In this document: positions 1 to 9,692 of the stretch, piece after piece
Layout of the letters: the number at the start of each line of letters is the position of its first letter
How positions within the stretch are numbered: position 1 is the first letter of the stretch
DNA from: an uncultured Spirochaetota bacterium
Lineage (GTDB): Bacteria; Spirochaetota; Spirochaetia; SZUA-6; Fen-1364
Assembly: GCA_963820435.1 (NCBI GenBank)
Contig: CAWGAC010000008.1
Coordinates: 234,549 to 298,548, forward strand
Length of the DNA stretch: 64,000 bases
Reading direction: 5' to 3'
Notes under the pieces: model-generated
What the model saw: only the letters and a program-made list of their open reading frames with translations
Databases searched by the model: none
Told to the model about the DNA's origin: nothing
Program-made: the position numbers and the translations under genes

Positions 1-461
1 ATGTGCCAGAAATGGCCGTCCCGAGAATAGTGAAACGCGGTTGCCTCGGGCGTATGGGCGATGCGGAGAAACACCTCCCGACCGTCGATGACAGTCGAAT
101 TGCAATCGTCGGAAGTCCCGCGCGTGACAACCGATACCACGGTTGGTTCCTGCTGCGGGGAATATTCGAAGCAGAGCTTTGCCCACAGATCATCCTTCTC
201 TCTGAGCTGGAGGACCCCTGCGTCGTAGGTCGAGGCAAAATCGACCATGACCCGGGCGCTCAGGAGGAAGCTCGTATCCGGCGGCGCGAAAAGTGCGCTG
301 GGCACATTGTCGGTCGCACCGCTCCCCGATGGGTCGATGAACAAGTCGGTGAGCTCCGAAGCGGTGATGGTCAACCGCGTGCCGTCCCCCGCGTCCCAGT
401 CCAGCGGACGGTTCCGCCATTGCAGCCTGCGGGGGATTGAGGACAAAGTGAATTCGCTCAT
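1..461 (-). CDS. DUF1349 family (concanavalin A-like) protein, 3' end runs off the window
   Basis: Not in the ORF track. Manual translation from ATG 461 (GGAGG upstream) gives MSEFTLSSIPRRLQW...TDLFIDP...VDFASTYDAGVL...WAKLCFEYSPQQEPTVVSVVTRGTSDDCNS...FHYSRDG, a typical DUF1349 pattern. Confidence 0.8.
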   Translation of the reverse strand, partial: MSEFTLSSIPRRLQWRNRPLDWDAGDGTRLTITASELTDLFIDPSGSGATDNVPSALFAPPDTSFLLSARVMVDFASTYDAGVLQLREKDDLWAKLCFEYSPQQEPTVVSVVTRGTSDDCNSTVIDGREVFLRIAHTPEATAFHYSRDGHFWH

Positions 462-501
462 CTCGGCACCTCCTGGCTCGGCTCGACTTTCTCTTTGGCG
501 C

Positions 502-1122
502 TCACCTCAGCAGTGGCAGGCGCTTGCTCACCACGCTTTCCATCGCACCGATCACGTCCCGCACGGTGACCGCGTAGCCTTCCCGCGCGATGGTGGTGCA
601 GAACTCTTCGTGGCTCCTGCCTTTGCGGTACTCCGGAACCTTCACCGGCATGGCAAGGTAGCGCGTGAACACCGCTATATCATTGGAGACCAGGAGGCTC
701 GCCTGGTAGAAGAGGATCAGCCTGGTGCGATAGAGGGAAGTTCCCACGATCTTTTTCTCTCCAATCGCCAGGTCGGATATCCCCGCGGGATGTACGCCGT
801 TGACTCCCAATAGCGCGAGGGAGTCGACGATCCATGAATTGATCTCTGCGGCGTACTCGCGGTTCTTGAAAGGCGACTCCACCGCCGTGACAAGGGCGAG
901 CACCACCTGGCCGGGACCGAGGATCACCGTGCCGCCGCCCCCCCTTCTCTTCATCCACGGCACCCCGTCAGCATCCAGGTTTTCAAGGAGCAGGTCCTGC
1001 GCGGGCTTGCCGGAAGCGCCGAGCACGGCGCAGAGGGTGGGCGGTTCGTAGAGCCGGTAGACGGGCACTCCTGTCTGTTTGTAGCGGTCAAGGAGGTCCT
1101 CGTTCACCGTTGTTTCATGCAC
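502..1122 (-). CDS. Lipoate-protein ligase family (LplA/LipB-like catalytic domain only)
   Basis: RRGGGGTVILGPG, SDLAIGEKKIVG, PEYRKGRSHEEF motifs; 206 aa. Confidence 0.85.
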   Translation of the reverse strand: MHETTVNEDLLDRYKQTGVPVYRLYEPPTLCAVLGASGKPAQDLLLENLDADGVPWMKRRGGGGTVILGPGQVVLALVTAVESPFKNREYAAEINSWIVDSLALLGVNGVHPAGISDLAIGEKKIVGTSLYRTRLILFYQASLLVSNDIAVFTRYLAMPVKVPEYRKGRSHEEFCTTIAREGYAVTVRDVIGAMESVVSKRLPLLR

Positions 1123-1137
1123 CTGGTTTCGCAGGCC

Positions 1138-1581
1138 TCACTGTGGTCCCTGCATCTTTTTTTTCAGCTCATCCAGCGCCGCGCCGGCCTCTTCCTGCTT
1201 CATCGTGTGGGCCAGCTCGTCCTTCTTGCCCGTCACCATCTGAAGCTGCGCCAGGAGCAGGTCCGCGTCCACAAGCTTGACCCCGGCCGTGCGGATCCGC
1301 GTCAGTTTCTCCTTGAGAACAGAGATCTTGGCCTTCAGATCGGCCAGCTCCGCCTCCAGTTTCGACTGTTTCGCTGTGGCGTCCGACAACCGTGCCGTTG
1401 CCTGCGCGGCGAGGCCCGCGTCCCCCTTGGCCTGGGCCAGGCTGACGCGGCGGGTCCAGAGGTTGGTGTCCTCCTGCGCAGTCTCGAGCGCCTTCTCCGT
1501 CTGCTTCAGCGTGGTAATGAACGCCAGGACGTACTCAGCCGCTTCCTTGGGTCCGAGGCCTTCGAGATCGGTATCCAGCAT
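1138..1581 (-). CDS. PspA/IM30-like coiled-coil protein (147 aa)
   Basis: Real gene is the C-terminal part of ORF 1138..3324, from ATG 1581 (MLDTDLEGL...); heptad-rich, WTRRVSLAQAKGDAGLAAQA and C-terminal AALDELKKKM resemble PspA. Confidence 0.6.
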   Translation of the reverse strand: MLDTDLEGLGPKEAAEYVLAFITTLKQTEKALETAQEDTNLWTRRVSLAQAKGDAGLAAQATARLSDATAKQSKLEAELADLKAKISVLKEKLTRIRTAGVKLVDADLLLAQLQMVTGKKDELAHTMKQEEAGAALDELKKKMQGPQ

Positions 1582-1613
1582 TGCGATTCTCCGGGGCAAG
1601 GGTAGCACGAATC

Positions 1614-2450
1614 CTAGAACGCGGTAAGCACGAGGCGCACTCCCACAAAGCCGAGGGCTATCGCGAGAGCCAGGACAATCCACGGAGCGGAGATCTTTCG
1701 GGACAGGAATGCGCCGACCTGGGCGCCGCCGATCACGCCGGCCGCCAGGCACGCGTCTCGCAGCAGGTGGGTGGGCCAGGTGTGGTCGAGGACGTGCTCC
1801 ACCACGCCGGCGAGCGCGGTGAAGAAGAGCACGAAATGGGACGTTGCCGTCGCGATGTGCAGGGGAAAATTGAATATGTACGTGAGCACGGGCACGTGGA
1901 TGAGACCGCCGCCGATGCCGACCAGGGTTGCGATGAATCCGATCACCAGGCTGAGGCCCATGCCGACGAGCAGGTTGAATGACAGGGGATGAGACCTGCC
2001 TTCCCGGTCGACAACAGTATCGCGCATGCTCCCCCATGCGCGCACGGGCCCGTCTGCTGCCATCGCCCTTGCCTGTCCCTGTCGGCGGATGCCCCTCGTA
2101 ACGGAGAGGAATACTGCGACCGCCATGAGCAGGCCGCCGAAAAGCACTCCGAACGCTTTCCTGGGAATGAAGCGCGTGAGGGCGGAGCCGAGGAACGCCC
2201 CGGGGATCGATGCCGCGGCAAAGAGAATCCCTGTCTTGTAGCTGATCCGCTTCATCCGGGCGTACGCAATGGTGCCCGACCCTGCGTTGACGCAGATGAT
2301 GGCAAGAGAGGCCGCGGTGATCATGGACGGCCCGTCCTGGGGGAAGAGGAATACCAGGATCGGCACGAGAATGAATCCCCCTCCGGCGCCGATGAGCGTG
2401 CCGTAGACGCCGATGAAAATGCCGATGGGGATGAACCACACCACGCTCAT
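1614..2450 (-). CDS. TauE/SafE (TSUP) sulfite exporter family permease
   Basis: Two repeats of GxxxGxGGG (GTLIGAGGGFILVP; ATLVGIGGGLIHVP), multiple TM helices. Confidence 0.9.
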   Translation of the reverse strand: MSVVWFIPIGIFIGVYGTLIGAGGGFILVPILVFLFPQDGPSMITAASLAIICVNAGSGTIAYARMKRISYKTGILFAAASIPGAFLGSALTRFIPRKAFGVLFGGLLMAVAVFLSVTRGIRRQGQARAMAADGPVRAWGSMRDTVVDREGRSHPLSFNLLVGMGLSLVIGFIATLVGIGGGLIHVPVLTYIFNFPLHIATATSHFVLFFTALAGVVEHVLDHTWPTHLLRDACLAAGVIGGAQVGAFLSRKISAPWIVLALAIALGFVGVRLVLTAF

Positions 2451-2458
2451 GCAGGGAA

Positions 2459-2487
2459 ATGCTATGCGTACCGCCGCGGCCGGTCAA
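2459..2487 (-). promoter_or_regulatory. sigma70-type promoter, leaderless, for the tauE-like gene
   Basis: TTGACC-17 nt-TAGCAT, 8 nt before ATG 2450, no SD. Confidence 0.65.
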
Positions 2488-2536
2488 CATCCTGCAGGCC
2501 CTGGAAGCGCTGCCCCGCATCCCGGGCCGCCCGAAC

Positions 2537-2565
2537 TTGCACACCCCCGAGCGAACCGCTATCCT
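2537..2565 (+). promoter_or_regulatory. sigma70-type promoter for mnmE-mnmG-rsmG
   Basis: TTGCAC-17 nt-TATCCT, 9 nt before GTG 2575. Confidence 0.6.
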
Positions 2566-2574
2566 CTTTTGGCC

Positions 2575-3924
2575 GTGATTTATTCCCCCGACGATCCGAT
2601 TGCCGCTCTCGCCACTGCCGCCGTTTCCAGCGCACTTGCGGTGATCCGCGTCTCCGGCCCGGGCTCCCTCTCGCTCCTCTCGGGGCTCGTGAAGGGCGGA
2701 AGGGACGCGGCCCGGATGAAAGGTCATACGATCCACCGGCTGGTCCTCCATGACGGTGAGGAGGACGTGGACGAGGTGCTCATGGCCGTGTACAAGGCTC
2801 CGCGCAGCTACACGGGGCAGGACAGCGCCGAGATCTTCTGCCACGGCGGGCTGCCCGTTATCCAGAGAGTATTGTCGCTTCTCACCCGCTCGGGGTTCCG
2901 TCCCGCCGGACCGGGAGAGTTCACGCAGCGTGCGTTCCTGAACGGCCGAATGGATCTCACGCGGGCCGAGGCGGTGAACGAGATCGTGAGGGCGAAAACG
3001 GACAAGGCGCGCGCCCTTGCGCTGCAGCGCCTCGCCGGCGCGATCGAAGGGAGGATCAAGGCTGCCCGTGATGCCCTGGTGGAGCTCCGCGCGGCGCTCG
3101 AGGTGATGATCGATTCCCCGGAGGACGAACCCGGGGACGTGATCGACGAAGGAAAGCTGGCGACGACCGTCGGGCTTCTGGAGAGCCTGACCGGCACGTA
3201 CCGGCGCGGCAGGATATACCAGGAAGGGGTTGCCGTCGCGATAGCGGGCGCAACCAACTCGGGCAAGTCGAGCCTCTTCAATCTTCTGCTCCGCCAGGAG
3301 AGGGCGATCGTGTCGGAGATCCACGGCACCACCCGGGATTGGCTGGAGGGCATGGTCAGCCTGTCGGGCATACCCGTACGCCTGTTCGACACCGCTGGAC
3401 TGCGTCCGTCCTCTGATCCGCTGGAGATCGAGGGTATGCGCCGCACCGAGGAGGTGATCCGGGCCGCGGACGCGGTGGTGTATCTTGTGGACGCACGCAG
3501 GGGCGTTGCCGCGGAGGACCGGGAGTTCACGGCTGGATGGGCGGAGGGCTCGCCGCTCCTCCCGGTCTGGAACAAAACGGACCTGCCCGGCGTCCCGCCG
3601 GCCCCTCCGGGCTATGTCGCGGTAAGCGCCGCAACCGGCCAGGGGCTGGACGGGCTGGAAAAGGCGATCGCGGATGCGGTGCTCGGCGGACCGACGCGGG
3701 AATCGGGAGAGCCTCTCATCGACTCGCAGAGGCAGAGGGACCTCATCCTGCGCGCGCTCGCGGCACTTGCCCGGTTTCGGGAAGCGCGCTCTCGCGGCAT
3801 CACGCCGGACCTCCTGGCCGTGGATCTCTCCGATGCGCTGGAAGCGCTGGGGGAGATTACCGGCGAGGTGACCAGCGCCGAGGTGCTCGACCGGATGTTC
3901 TCGGCTTTCTGCGTGGGGAAATAA
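2575..3924 (+). CDS. mnmE: tRNA modification GTPase MnmE (TrmE)
   Basis: DPIAALAT, SYTGQDSAEIFCHGG, GEFTQRAFLNGRMDL, P-loop GATNSGKS, GTTRD, DTAG, NKTD, C-terminal FCVGK; start taken at GTG 2575. Confidence 0.97.
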   Translation: MIYSPDDPIAALATAAVSSALAVIRVSGPGSLSLLSGLVKGGRDAARMKGHTIHRLVLHDGEEDVDEVLMAVYKAPRSYTGQDSAEIFCHGGLPVIQRVLSLLTRSGFRPAGPGEFTQRAFLNGRMDLTRAEAVNEIVRAKTDKARALALQRLAGAIEGRIKAARDALVELRAALEVMIDSPEDEPGDVIDEGKLATTVGLLESLTGTYRRGRIYQEGVAVAIAGATNSGKSSLFNLLLRQERAIVSEIHGTTRDWLEGMVSLSGIPVRLFDTAGLRPSSDPLEIEGMRRTEEVIRAADAVVYLVDARRGVAAEDREFTAGWAEGSPLLPVWNKTDLPGVPPAPPGYVAVSAATGQGLDGLEKAIADAVLGGPTRESGEPLIDSQRQRDLILRALAALARFREARSRGITPDLLAVDLSDALEALGEITGEVTSAEVLDRMFSAFCVGK

Positions 3925-3925
3925 C

Positions 3926-5797
3926 GTGGAAAAAGGCGCGCGCGCGGCTGCTGACTATGATGCCATCGTCATTGGAGCCGGACACGCCGGCATCGAGGCG
4001 TCCCTCGCCCTGGCGCGGCTGGGTTTCTCCACGCTGCTGGTCACGCAAAGCCTCGACTGCATCGGCAAGATGTCCTGCAATCCCGCCATCGGGGGAATTG
4101 CCAAGGGGAACCTCGTGCGGGAGATCGACGCGCTGGGCGGCCAGATGGGCAAGCTCATCGACGCCACGATGATCCAGTTCCGGATGCTCAACGCGAGCAG
4201 GGGCCCCGCGGTGCAGGCACCCCGGGCCCAGGCGGACAAGCAGGCGTACGCGGCGCTTGCAAAACGGAGTCTCGAGGAGCAAAAGGGTCTCGCGCTCTTC
4301 CAGGACACGGTGACCGACCTGATCGTGGATGCGGCCGCGGCGCGCGTGGAAGGGGTGGTCACCGAGCGCGGCAGGCGGATATTCGCCCGGACCGTGGTGC
4401 TGACGACGGGCACGTTCATGGAGGGCATGCTCTTCATCGGGGAGTGGAGCGCGCCGGGCGGCCGGTTGGGAGAGCCTGCCGCGCTCGGCCTGGGCACGAG
4501 CCTGCGCCGCAGGGGGTTCACCGTCGGCAGGCTGAAGACGGGCACCTCCGCGCGGGCCCTCGGCGCATCCCTGGACTACGCGCGCATGGAGAGACAGCTT
4601 CCTGACCCGCGCGCTCTGCCTTTTTCATTCTCCAACGAGAAAGTGGAGCGCCCTGCCGTGCCCTGCTGGATCACCTATACGAACGACGCCACGCACCGCA
4701 TCATACGGGACAACATTCACCGCTCGCCTCTCTATGGAGGGAAAATCGTCGGACGAGGCCCGCGCTATTGCCCTTCCCTGGAGGACAAGGTCGTCCGATT
4801 CCCTGAGAGGGCGCGCCATCACGTGTTCGTGGAACCGGAAGGGCTCGGGACCGACGAGGTATACCTGAACGGCGTTTCCTCCTCGCTGCCCGAGGAGGTG
4901 CAGGATGCGTTCCTGCGCACGATTCCCGGCCTGGAGAACCTGCAGATCGTGCGCCCCGGCTACGCGGTGGAGTATGATTTCCTCCCGCCGACCCAGCTTT
5001 TTCCCAGCCTGATGGCGAAGGGTCTCGACGGGCTTTTCGTGGCGGGACAGACCAATGGCACGTCGGGATACGAGGAGGCCGCCGCGCAGGGGCTTCTCGC
5101 GGGAATCAACGCCGCCCTGCGTCTTCAGGGAAAAGGGCCCCTGGTGCTCTCCCGCGCGGAGGCCTACATCGGGGTCATGGTCGACGACCTTGTCACGCGG
5201 GGAACGGAGGAACCGTACCGGCTTTTTACCTCCCGGGCCGAATACCGATTGTCGCTGCGGCATGACACGGCTGATATCCGCCTTCTTCCCATGGGCCACG
5301 GGATCGGCCTGCAGGCCGATGCGGCCATGGAAAAACTGGAACGCAAGATCCGTGGAATCGAGGAGATCCGCGAGCTGTTGCGCGCGCGCAGGGTTGCGGG
5401 AGATGATGCCGCCGCTCTTCCCGTCCTCGAGGCTCACAGGGGACGGAGCTTCGAGCAGGCGCTGAAGGACCCGAAGCTTTCGATTGCCGCGCTGGCCCTT
5501 CGGGACCAGTCCCTTGCCGGCGCTCCGCCTGCATGGCTCGATCTGGCCGAATGCGAGGTGAAATACGAGGGCTATATCCGGCGGCAGGACGAGCTGGTGG
5601 GACGGTTCCGCGGCATGGAGGAAAAGCGCATTCCCCAGGGGTTCAACTGGGACTCACTGACGGGGGTCTCATCCGAGGCCGGGGAAAAGCTTAAGGCTAT
5701 ACGACCCGCCTCCGTGGGTCAGGCCTCGCGGATCCCCGGCGTACGGCCCCCGGACATCGCGGTTCTCATGCTCCACCTCAGAAAAGGCAGATCATGA
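3926..5797 (+). CDS. mnmG: tRNA uridine-5-carboxymethylaminomethyl modification enzyme MnmG (GidA)
   Basis: GAGHAGIEA, MSCNPAIGG, GPRYCPSLEDK, AGQTNGTSGYEEAAAQG, EPYRLFTSRAEYRL. Confidence 0.98.
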   Translation: MEKGARAAADYDAIVIGAGHAGIEASLALARLGFSTLLVTQSLDCIGKMSCNPAIGGIAKGNLVREIDALGGQMGKLIDATMIQFRMLNASRGPAVQAPRAQADKQAYAALAKRSLEEQKGLALFQDTVTDLIVDAAAARVEGVVTERGRRIFARTVVLTTGTFMEGMLFIGEWSAPGGRLGEPAALGLGTSLRRRGFTVGRLKTGTSARALGASLDYARMERQLPDPRALPFSFSNEKVERPAVPCWITYTNDATHRIIRDNIHRSPLYGGKIVGRGPRYCPSLEDKVVRFPERARHHVFVEPEGLGTDEVYLNGVSSSLPEEVQDAFLRTIPGLENLQIVRPGYAVEYDFLPPTQLFPSLMAKGLDGLFVAGQTNGTSGYEEAAAQGLLAGINAALRLQGKGPLVLSRAEAYIGVMVDDLVTRGTEEPYRLFTSRAEYRLSLRHDTADIRLLPMGHGIGLQADAAMEKLERKIRGIEEIRELLRARRVAGDDAAALPVLEAHRGRSFEQALKDPKLSIAALALRDQSLAGAPPAWLDLAECEVKYEGYIRRQDELVGRFRGMEEKRIPQGFNWDSLTGVSSEAGEKLKAIRPASVGQASRIPGVRPPDIAVLMLHLRKGRS

Positions 5798-6459
5798 GGG
5801 CCGACGCCGATCCTGCCGCGGTGCTCCGCGAGGGCCTTGCGCAGCTCGGCATCATGCCGGCCGAACCGGCGCAGGCCCTGCTGGAAAAATACATCGCAGA
5901 GATCGAGCGCTGGAACCCGCGGTTCGGGCTGGTGAAGTACGACGGCAGGCAGGAGCTCATCGTCAAACACGTGCTGGATTCCCTGTCCGCATGGACAGCC
6001 CTGCGCGAGGCGGCGTCCGGAGCGGGGGCCGTGCTCGACGTGGGCTCGGGCGCCGGTTTTCCGGGCATACCGCTGGCAATCGCGCTGCCTGACATCACTT
6101 TCACGCTCCTGGAGCGCATGGCGCGCAGGGCTGCATTTCTGGAGACCTGCGCGATCCTCCTGGGGCTTTCGCGGGTGAAGGTGATCCAGAGCGACCTGGC
6201 AGTGATGACGGGGGAGTTCGACGTCGTGACGTGCCGGGCAGTTGCGCCGCTCGCGCGGCTGCTGGAGGACATCGGGCGCAGCGCAATACGCTGGCGCGCG
6301 ATCGTTGCTTATAAAGGAAAACAAGAACGCGCGAGGGAGGAAATCGAAGAGGTTGAACGCCTCATGCCCGGACGTTTCAGCCTTTCGCTGCGGCCGCTCC
6401 GCACCCCGTTCCTGGACGAGGAGCGCTGTCTGGCAGTGCTTGCCCCGATCCGTTATTGA
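5794..6459 (+). CDS. rsmG: 16S rRNA m7G527 methyltransferase RsmG (GidB)
   Basis: KHVLDSL, LDVGSGAGFPGIPLAI, VTCRAV; follows mnmG. Confidence 0.95.
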   Translation: MRADADPAAVLREGLAQLGIMPAEPAQALLEKYIAEIERWNPRFGLVKYDGRQELIVKHVLDSLSAWTALREAASGAGAVLDVGSGAGFPGIPLAIALPDITFTLLERMARRAAFLETCAILLGLSRVKVIQSDLAVMTGEFDVVTCRAVAPLARLLEDIGRSAIRWRAIVAYKGKQERAREEIEEVERLMPGRFSLSLRPLRTPFLDEERCLAVLAPIRY

Positions 6460-6484
6460 CAAACGGCTGGAGGCAGGGTAGGCT
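6456..6484 (+). promoter_or_regulatory. sigma70-type promoter for the LysM/slt pair
   Basis: TTGACA-17 nt-TAGGCT overlapping the rsmG stop. Confidence 0.65.
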
Positions 6485-6509
6485 TTTTTTCTTAGGGGGA
6501 GCTTGAGGT

Positions 6510-7407
6510 TTGGGCGATTCGACGATCGGAATCAAGGTCGCAGACGGATCTTACTACCCTGTCCTCGAGCACGGCTTCACGGGCACGAAGAAGCTCACCC
6601 TGACGACCGCCAAGAACAATCAAGGGAAAGTCCAGATCGACCTGTACCGTGGAAACGGCACGACCCTGTCCGAGGCCCACTATATCGGCAGTCTCATTAT
6701 TGAGAACATCCCCCCGGCGTCCAAGGGCGAGCCTGAGATCGAGCTTCTCCTTGGCATCGACGACAACGGGCAGCTTTCCGCCCGGGCCAGCGACAGCCGC
6801 ACCGGTGAAACGCAGGACTTCTCAACCACCATTGCGACGCTTTCCGCGGAAGACACGTACGAAGAGCCCGAGTTCGAGGTGGAGGATACCCCGCCGGGAA
6901 GAACCGATTTCGAGGAACGGCCCCTCACAGGTGAAAGCTATCCGGTGACGGAAGAGGACCGCAGAAGGGAGCGCGTGCACGCCAAGGGCCCCAACATCCT
7001 GCTTCTGGTTCTCTTCGTGATCTTCGGCGTGCTCCTCGTGGCTGCAATCGCCTACTTCGTCTACAGAAGCATTCCGGGACCGCACGTGCCTCCGCTCGGC
7101 ACAACGGGGGCGGCAACCGCTCCCGCTGCGCAGCCCACGCCCGCCGCGCAGGCGCCGCAAACCTCCACGGCAGCAGCCGGCAGGCCGCGCTGCCCCGCAG
7201 GCCGCCGCTCCCGCGGCGCAGACCCCGTCCAAGCCTGCGGGCACGGGCGGGGTGACGTACCGGATCAAGAATGGCGACACCTTGTGGGACATTGCCGCCA
7301 CCTATTATCGAAACCCATGGCTGTATCCCAAGCTGGCCAAGGCCAATTCCATCAGGAATCCGGATCTGATTTTTGCGGGCACACGGATCAACATACCTGA
7401 GAATTGA
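6510..7407 (+). CDS. Hsp70 substrate-binding-like domain + TM + LysM protein (frameshift near 7180)
   Basis: N-terminus aligns by eye to the DnaK SBD (TTAKNNQGKVQIDLYRG...ENIPPASKGEPEIELLLGIDDNGQL); TM helix; LysM YRIKNGDTLWDIAATYY...NSIRNPDLIFAGTRINIPEN* in the frame of 7201. Confidence 0.85.
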
Positions 7408-9582
7408 AATCCTGATCGCCCTGCTCGCCCTCCCCCTTCTCACCGCGGGATGTGGTGCGCGGGAGGTCTGGGGCATGCCGGAGGACGAGCTGAAGGCGGG
7501 TCTTGCGCGGGCCGATTACCAGGCCCTCGCCTCGATCGACTTTGCTTCCCAGGACCCCGCAGATGCCCTTTCCATTTCACCGGAAGCGCCGTACTACCTT
7601 TCCTTTGTATTCGATTCCATCGCCCGGCCTTCCCAGGCGCTGCGGATGCTCGAGCTGGCGTGGAGCCGAAGCCCGAGTCCCTGGAAGGAGGAGGCGGGAC
7701 TTCTCCTTGGGGAGAGATACCTCGCCCAGGACAGCTACGACAAAGCCATCGCCGTGGCGCGGCGTCTTCTTTCCTCGTCAAAGTCAGCGGACGTGGAGCA
7801 GCGCGCGCGCAGGATTCTCGTGGAAGGATTGTACTGGAACAAGGACGACGCGGCCGTGCTCCAGGAGGCCATGCGCCTTCAGAATCCGGATCCTGAGGTC
7901 CTGCTCTTCCGTGCCGTGAGCTCCCTGCGCCTGCAGCTGCCCACCGGGCGCGACCTTGTGATGCAGCTCTTTATCAGGGAAAAGGCTTCGCCGCTGCACG
8001 GGAGGATCTATACCTTCCTGACCGCGGAACCGGAGCTCCTGCAGCTTTTCTCCGCGCAGGAGCGCGACCTGCTCGCCGCCAAAAACGCATTCGCGCAGGG
8101 GGACTGGGACGCGGGACTCCCTCTCATGGAGGGAGTGCTGAGCAGCATCGAGCCCTCGAAAGTCGCCGATGGGGCACTCGTGATCGACCTTGGAGGCGCG
8201 TATGGCTCCGCCGGCCGCCAGGCTCCGGGAGCGAAATTCATGGAGACGCTTGCCGCGCGGCTCACCGGTCAGGCCAGGGTGGATGCGCGGGAGCAGGCGG
8301 GCAGGCTTTACCGGCGCGCCCGGGACTTCACCAGCGCGCTTTCGAGCTTCAAGGCAGTGGCCGCCGAGGCGCCTGCTGCCGGGCAGCGCGAGCGCGCCCA
8401 TTGGTACATCCTGGACGCCCTGCTCGAGACGGACCAACCGGACCTCGTCTCCCAGATCGGATCCGAGACAGCCTCCTGGCGCGATCCTGCCTACTTCTCC
8501 TCCCTGCTGGAAGACAGGATTGCTGACTTCGTTGCCGCGAGAGGCTGGAAGACGCTGATCGGGCTCTGGCGGGTGCTGGAAAAGACCGGGCCCGACGACG
8601 TGCGCGCGCAGCTCTCCTACATTCTGGCGCGCGCGTGGCAGGAGGGCGAGCTGGCAAGGCTGCCGGGCGCGCCTCCCATTTCCGCGCGCGAGCTCTTTCT
8701 CGACGCGGCGCGAAGGAACCCCATGGGCTACTACGGCCTGCTGGCCTCGAGCTTTCTGGGCGAGCTTCCCGAACGCGCCGTTCCTGCAGCGCCTCCGGAA
8801 GAGCCGGGCGCAATGCGGTGTTCGATCCCATTGTCATGGGGTTCCTTCCCTTCGGCCTCACGCAGCAGGCATACAACAGGATCTGGCCGGCCCGTGACAG
8901 TCTCTCGGAAACGCAGCTCCTGGAGGCGGCGCGCCGATTCGCCCAGGCGGGGGACACGAGGAGCTCGATGTATTTCGTGGGCGCCCTCGCCCGCAGGCGC
9001 AGGCTCACGCTCGTCGAGCTTCAACTCTACTACCCGAAAGCCTTTGAAAGCCTTATCGAGCCCCTGGCCGCCGGGGCCGGCATCCCTGATCACATTCTCT
9101 ACGGCCTCGTGCGCGAGGAAAGCTATTTCGACGCGGACATCGTGTCGAGCGCCGGCGCGGTCGGGCTTTCCCAGCTGATGCCCGCAACGGCCGCCTCGCT
9201 TGCCGTGAGGATGCGCATGACGGATCCGGACCTCCGCGATCCCTCGACGAACCTCACGATCGGCGCGCGTCACTTGAAAGACCTGCTGTCCAGGGTGGAC
9301 AGCCCGATAAAGGCGCTGGTCTCCTACAATGCGGGACTCACTCGTCTGCGTCAGTGGGAAAGGGCGGCAAAGGGGTTTTCCGCCGATCTTTTTGTCGAAT
9401 CATTGCCCATCGCCGAAACGCGGCAATACATACGCAAGATCCTCGTTTCAGCGGTGATGTACGCGTTTCTCTACCGGGACGCGGACCCCCGGGAAGCGGC
9501 GTTGTCGTTCTTCGGCATCCAGAAGAAACCCCTCGACGCCCCGCCGGAGCCGCGGCTGGGTGCGCCGGCGCGGCCGAACTAG
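7404..9582 (+). CDS. Soluble lytic transglycosylase (Slt-like) lipoprotein with helical/TPR-like N-terminus (frameshifts near 7408 and 8810)
   Basis: Lipobox LLTAGC; SLT motifs VREES, GAVGLSQLMP, SYNAG, ETRQYIRKI; start probably TTG overlapping the LysM stop with one A lost from a homopolymer. Confidence 0.85.
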
Positions 9583-9604
9583 CGCCGCGGTACTCCGCGG
9601 ATTT
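9582..9604 (-). repeat. REP-like hairpin unit AAAT-CCGCGG-AGTA-CCGCGG-CGC
   Basis: Reverse complement identical to copies at 55206 and 57405; between convergent slt and coxB. Confidence 0.85.
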
Positions 9605-9692
9605 GGGGCGCCGCGGTGCGGAGTGCGGCGTACCGCTCAGCGGCAGGCGCTCGCTTCGCTCGCAGTGACCGTTAGTACCGCTCTGGCCGCTT

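Noticed and set aside
2575-6459. Replication origin near mnmE-mnmG-rsmG
   Set aside because: There is no dnaA, parAB, DnaA-box cluster or AT-rich unwinding region in the window.
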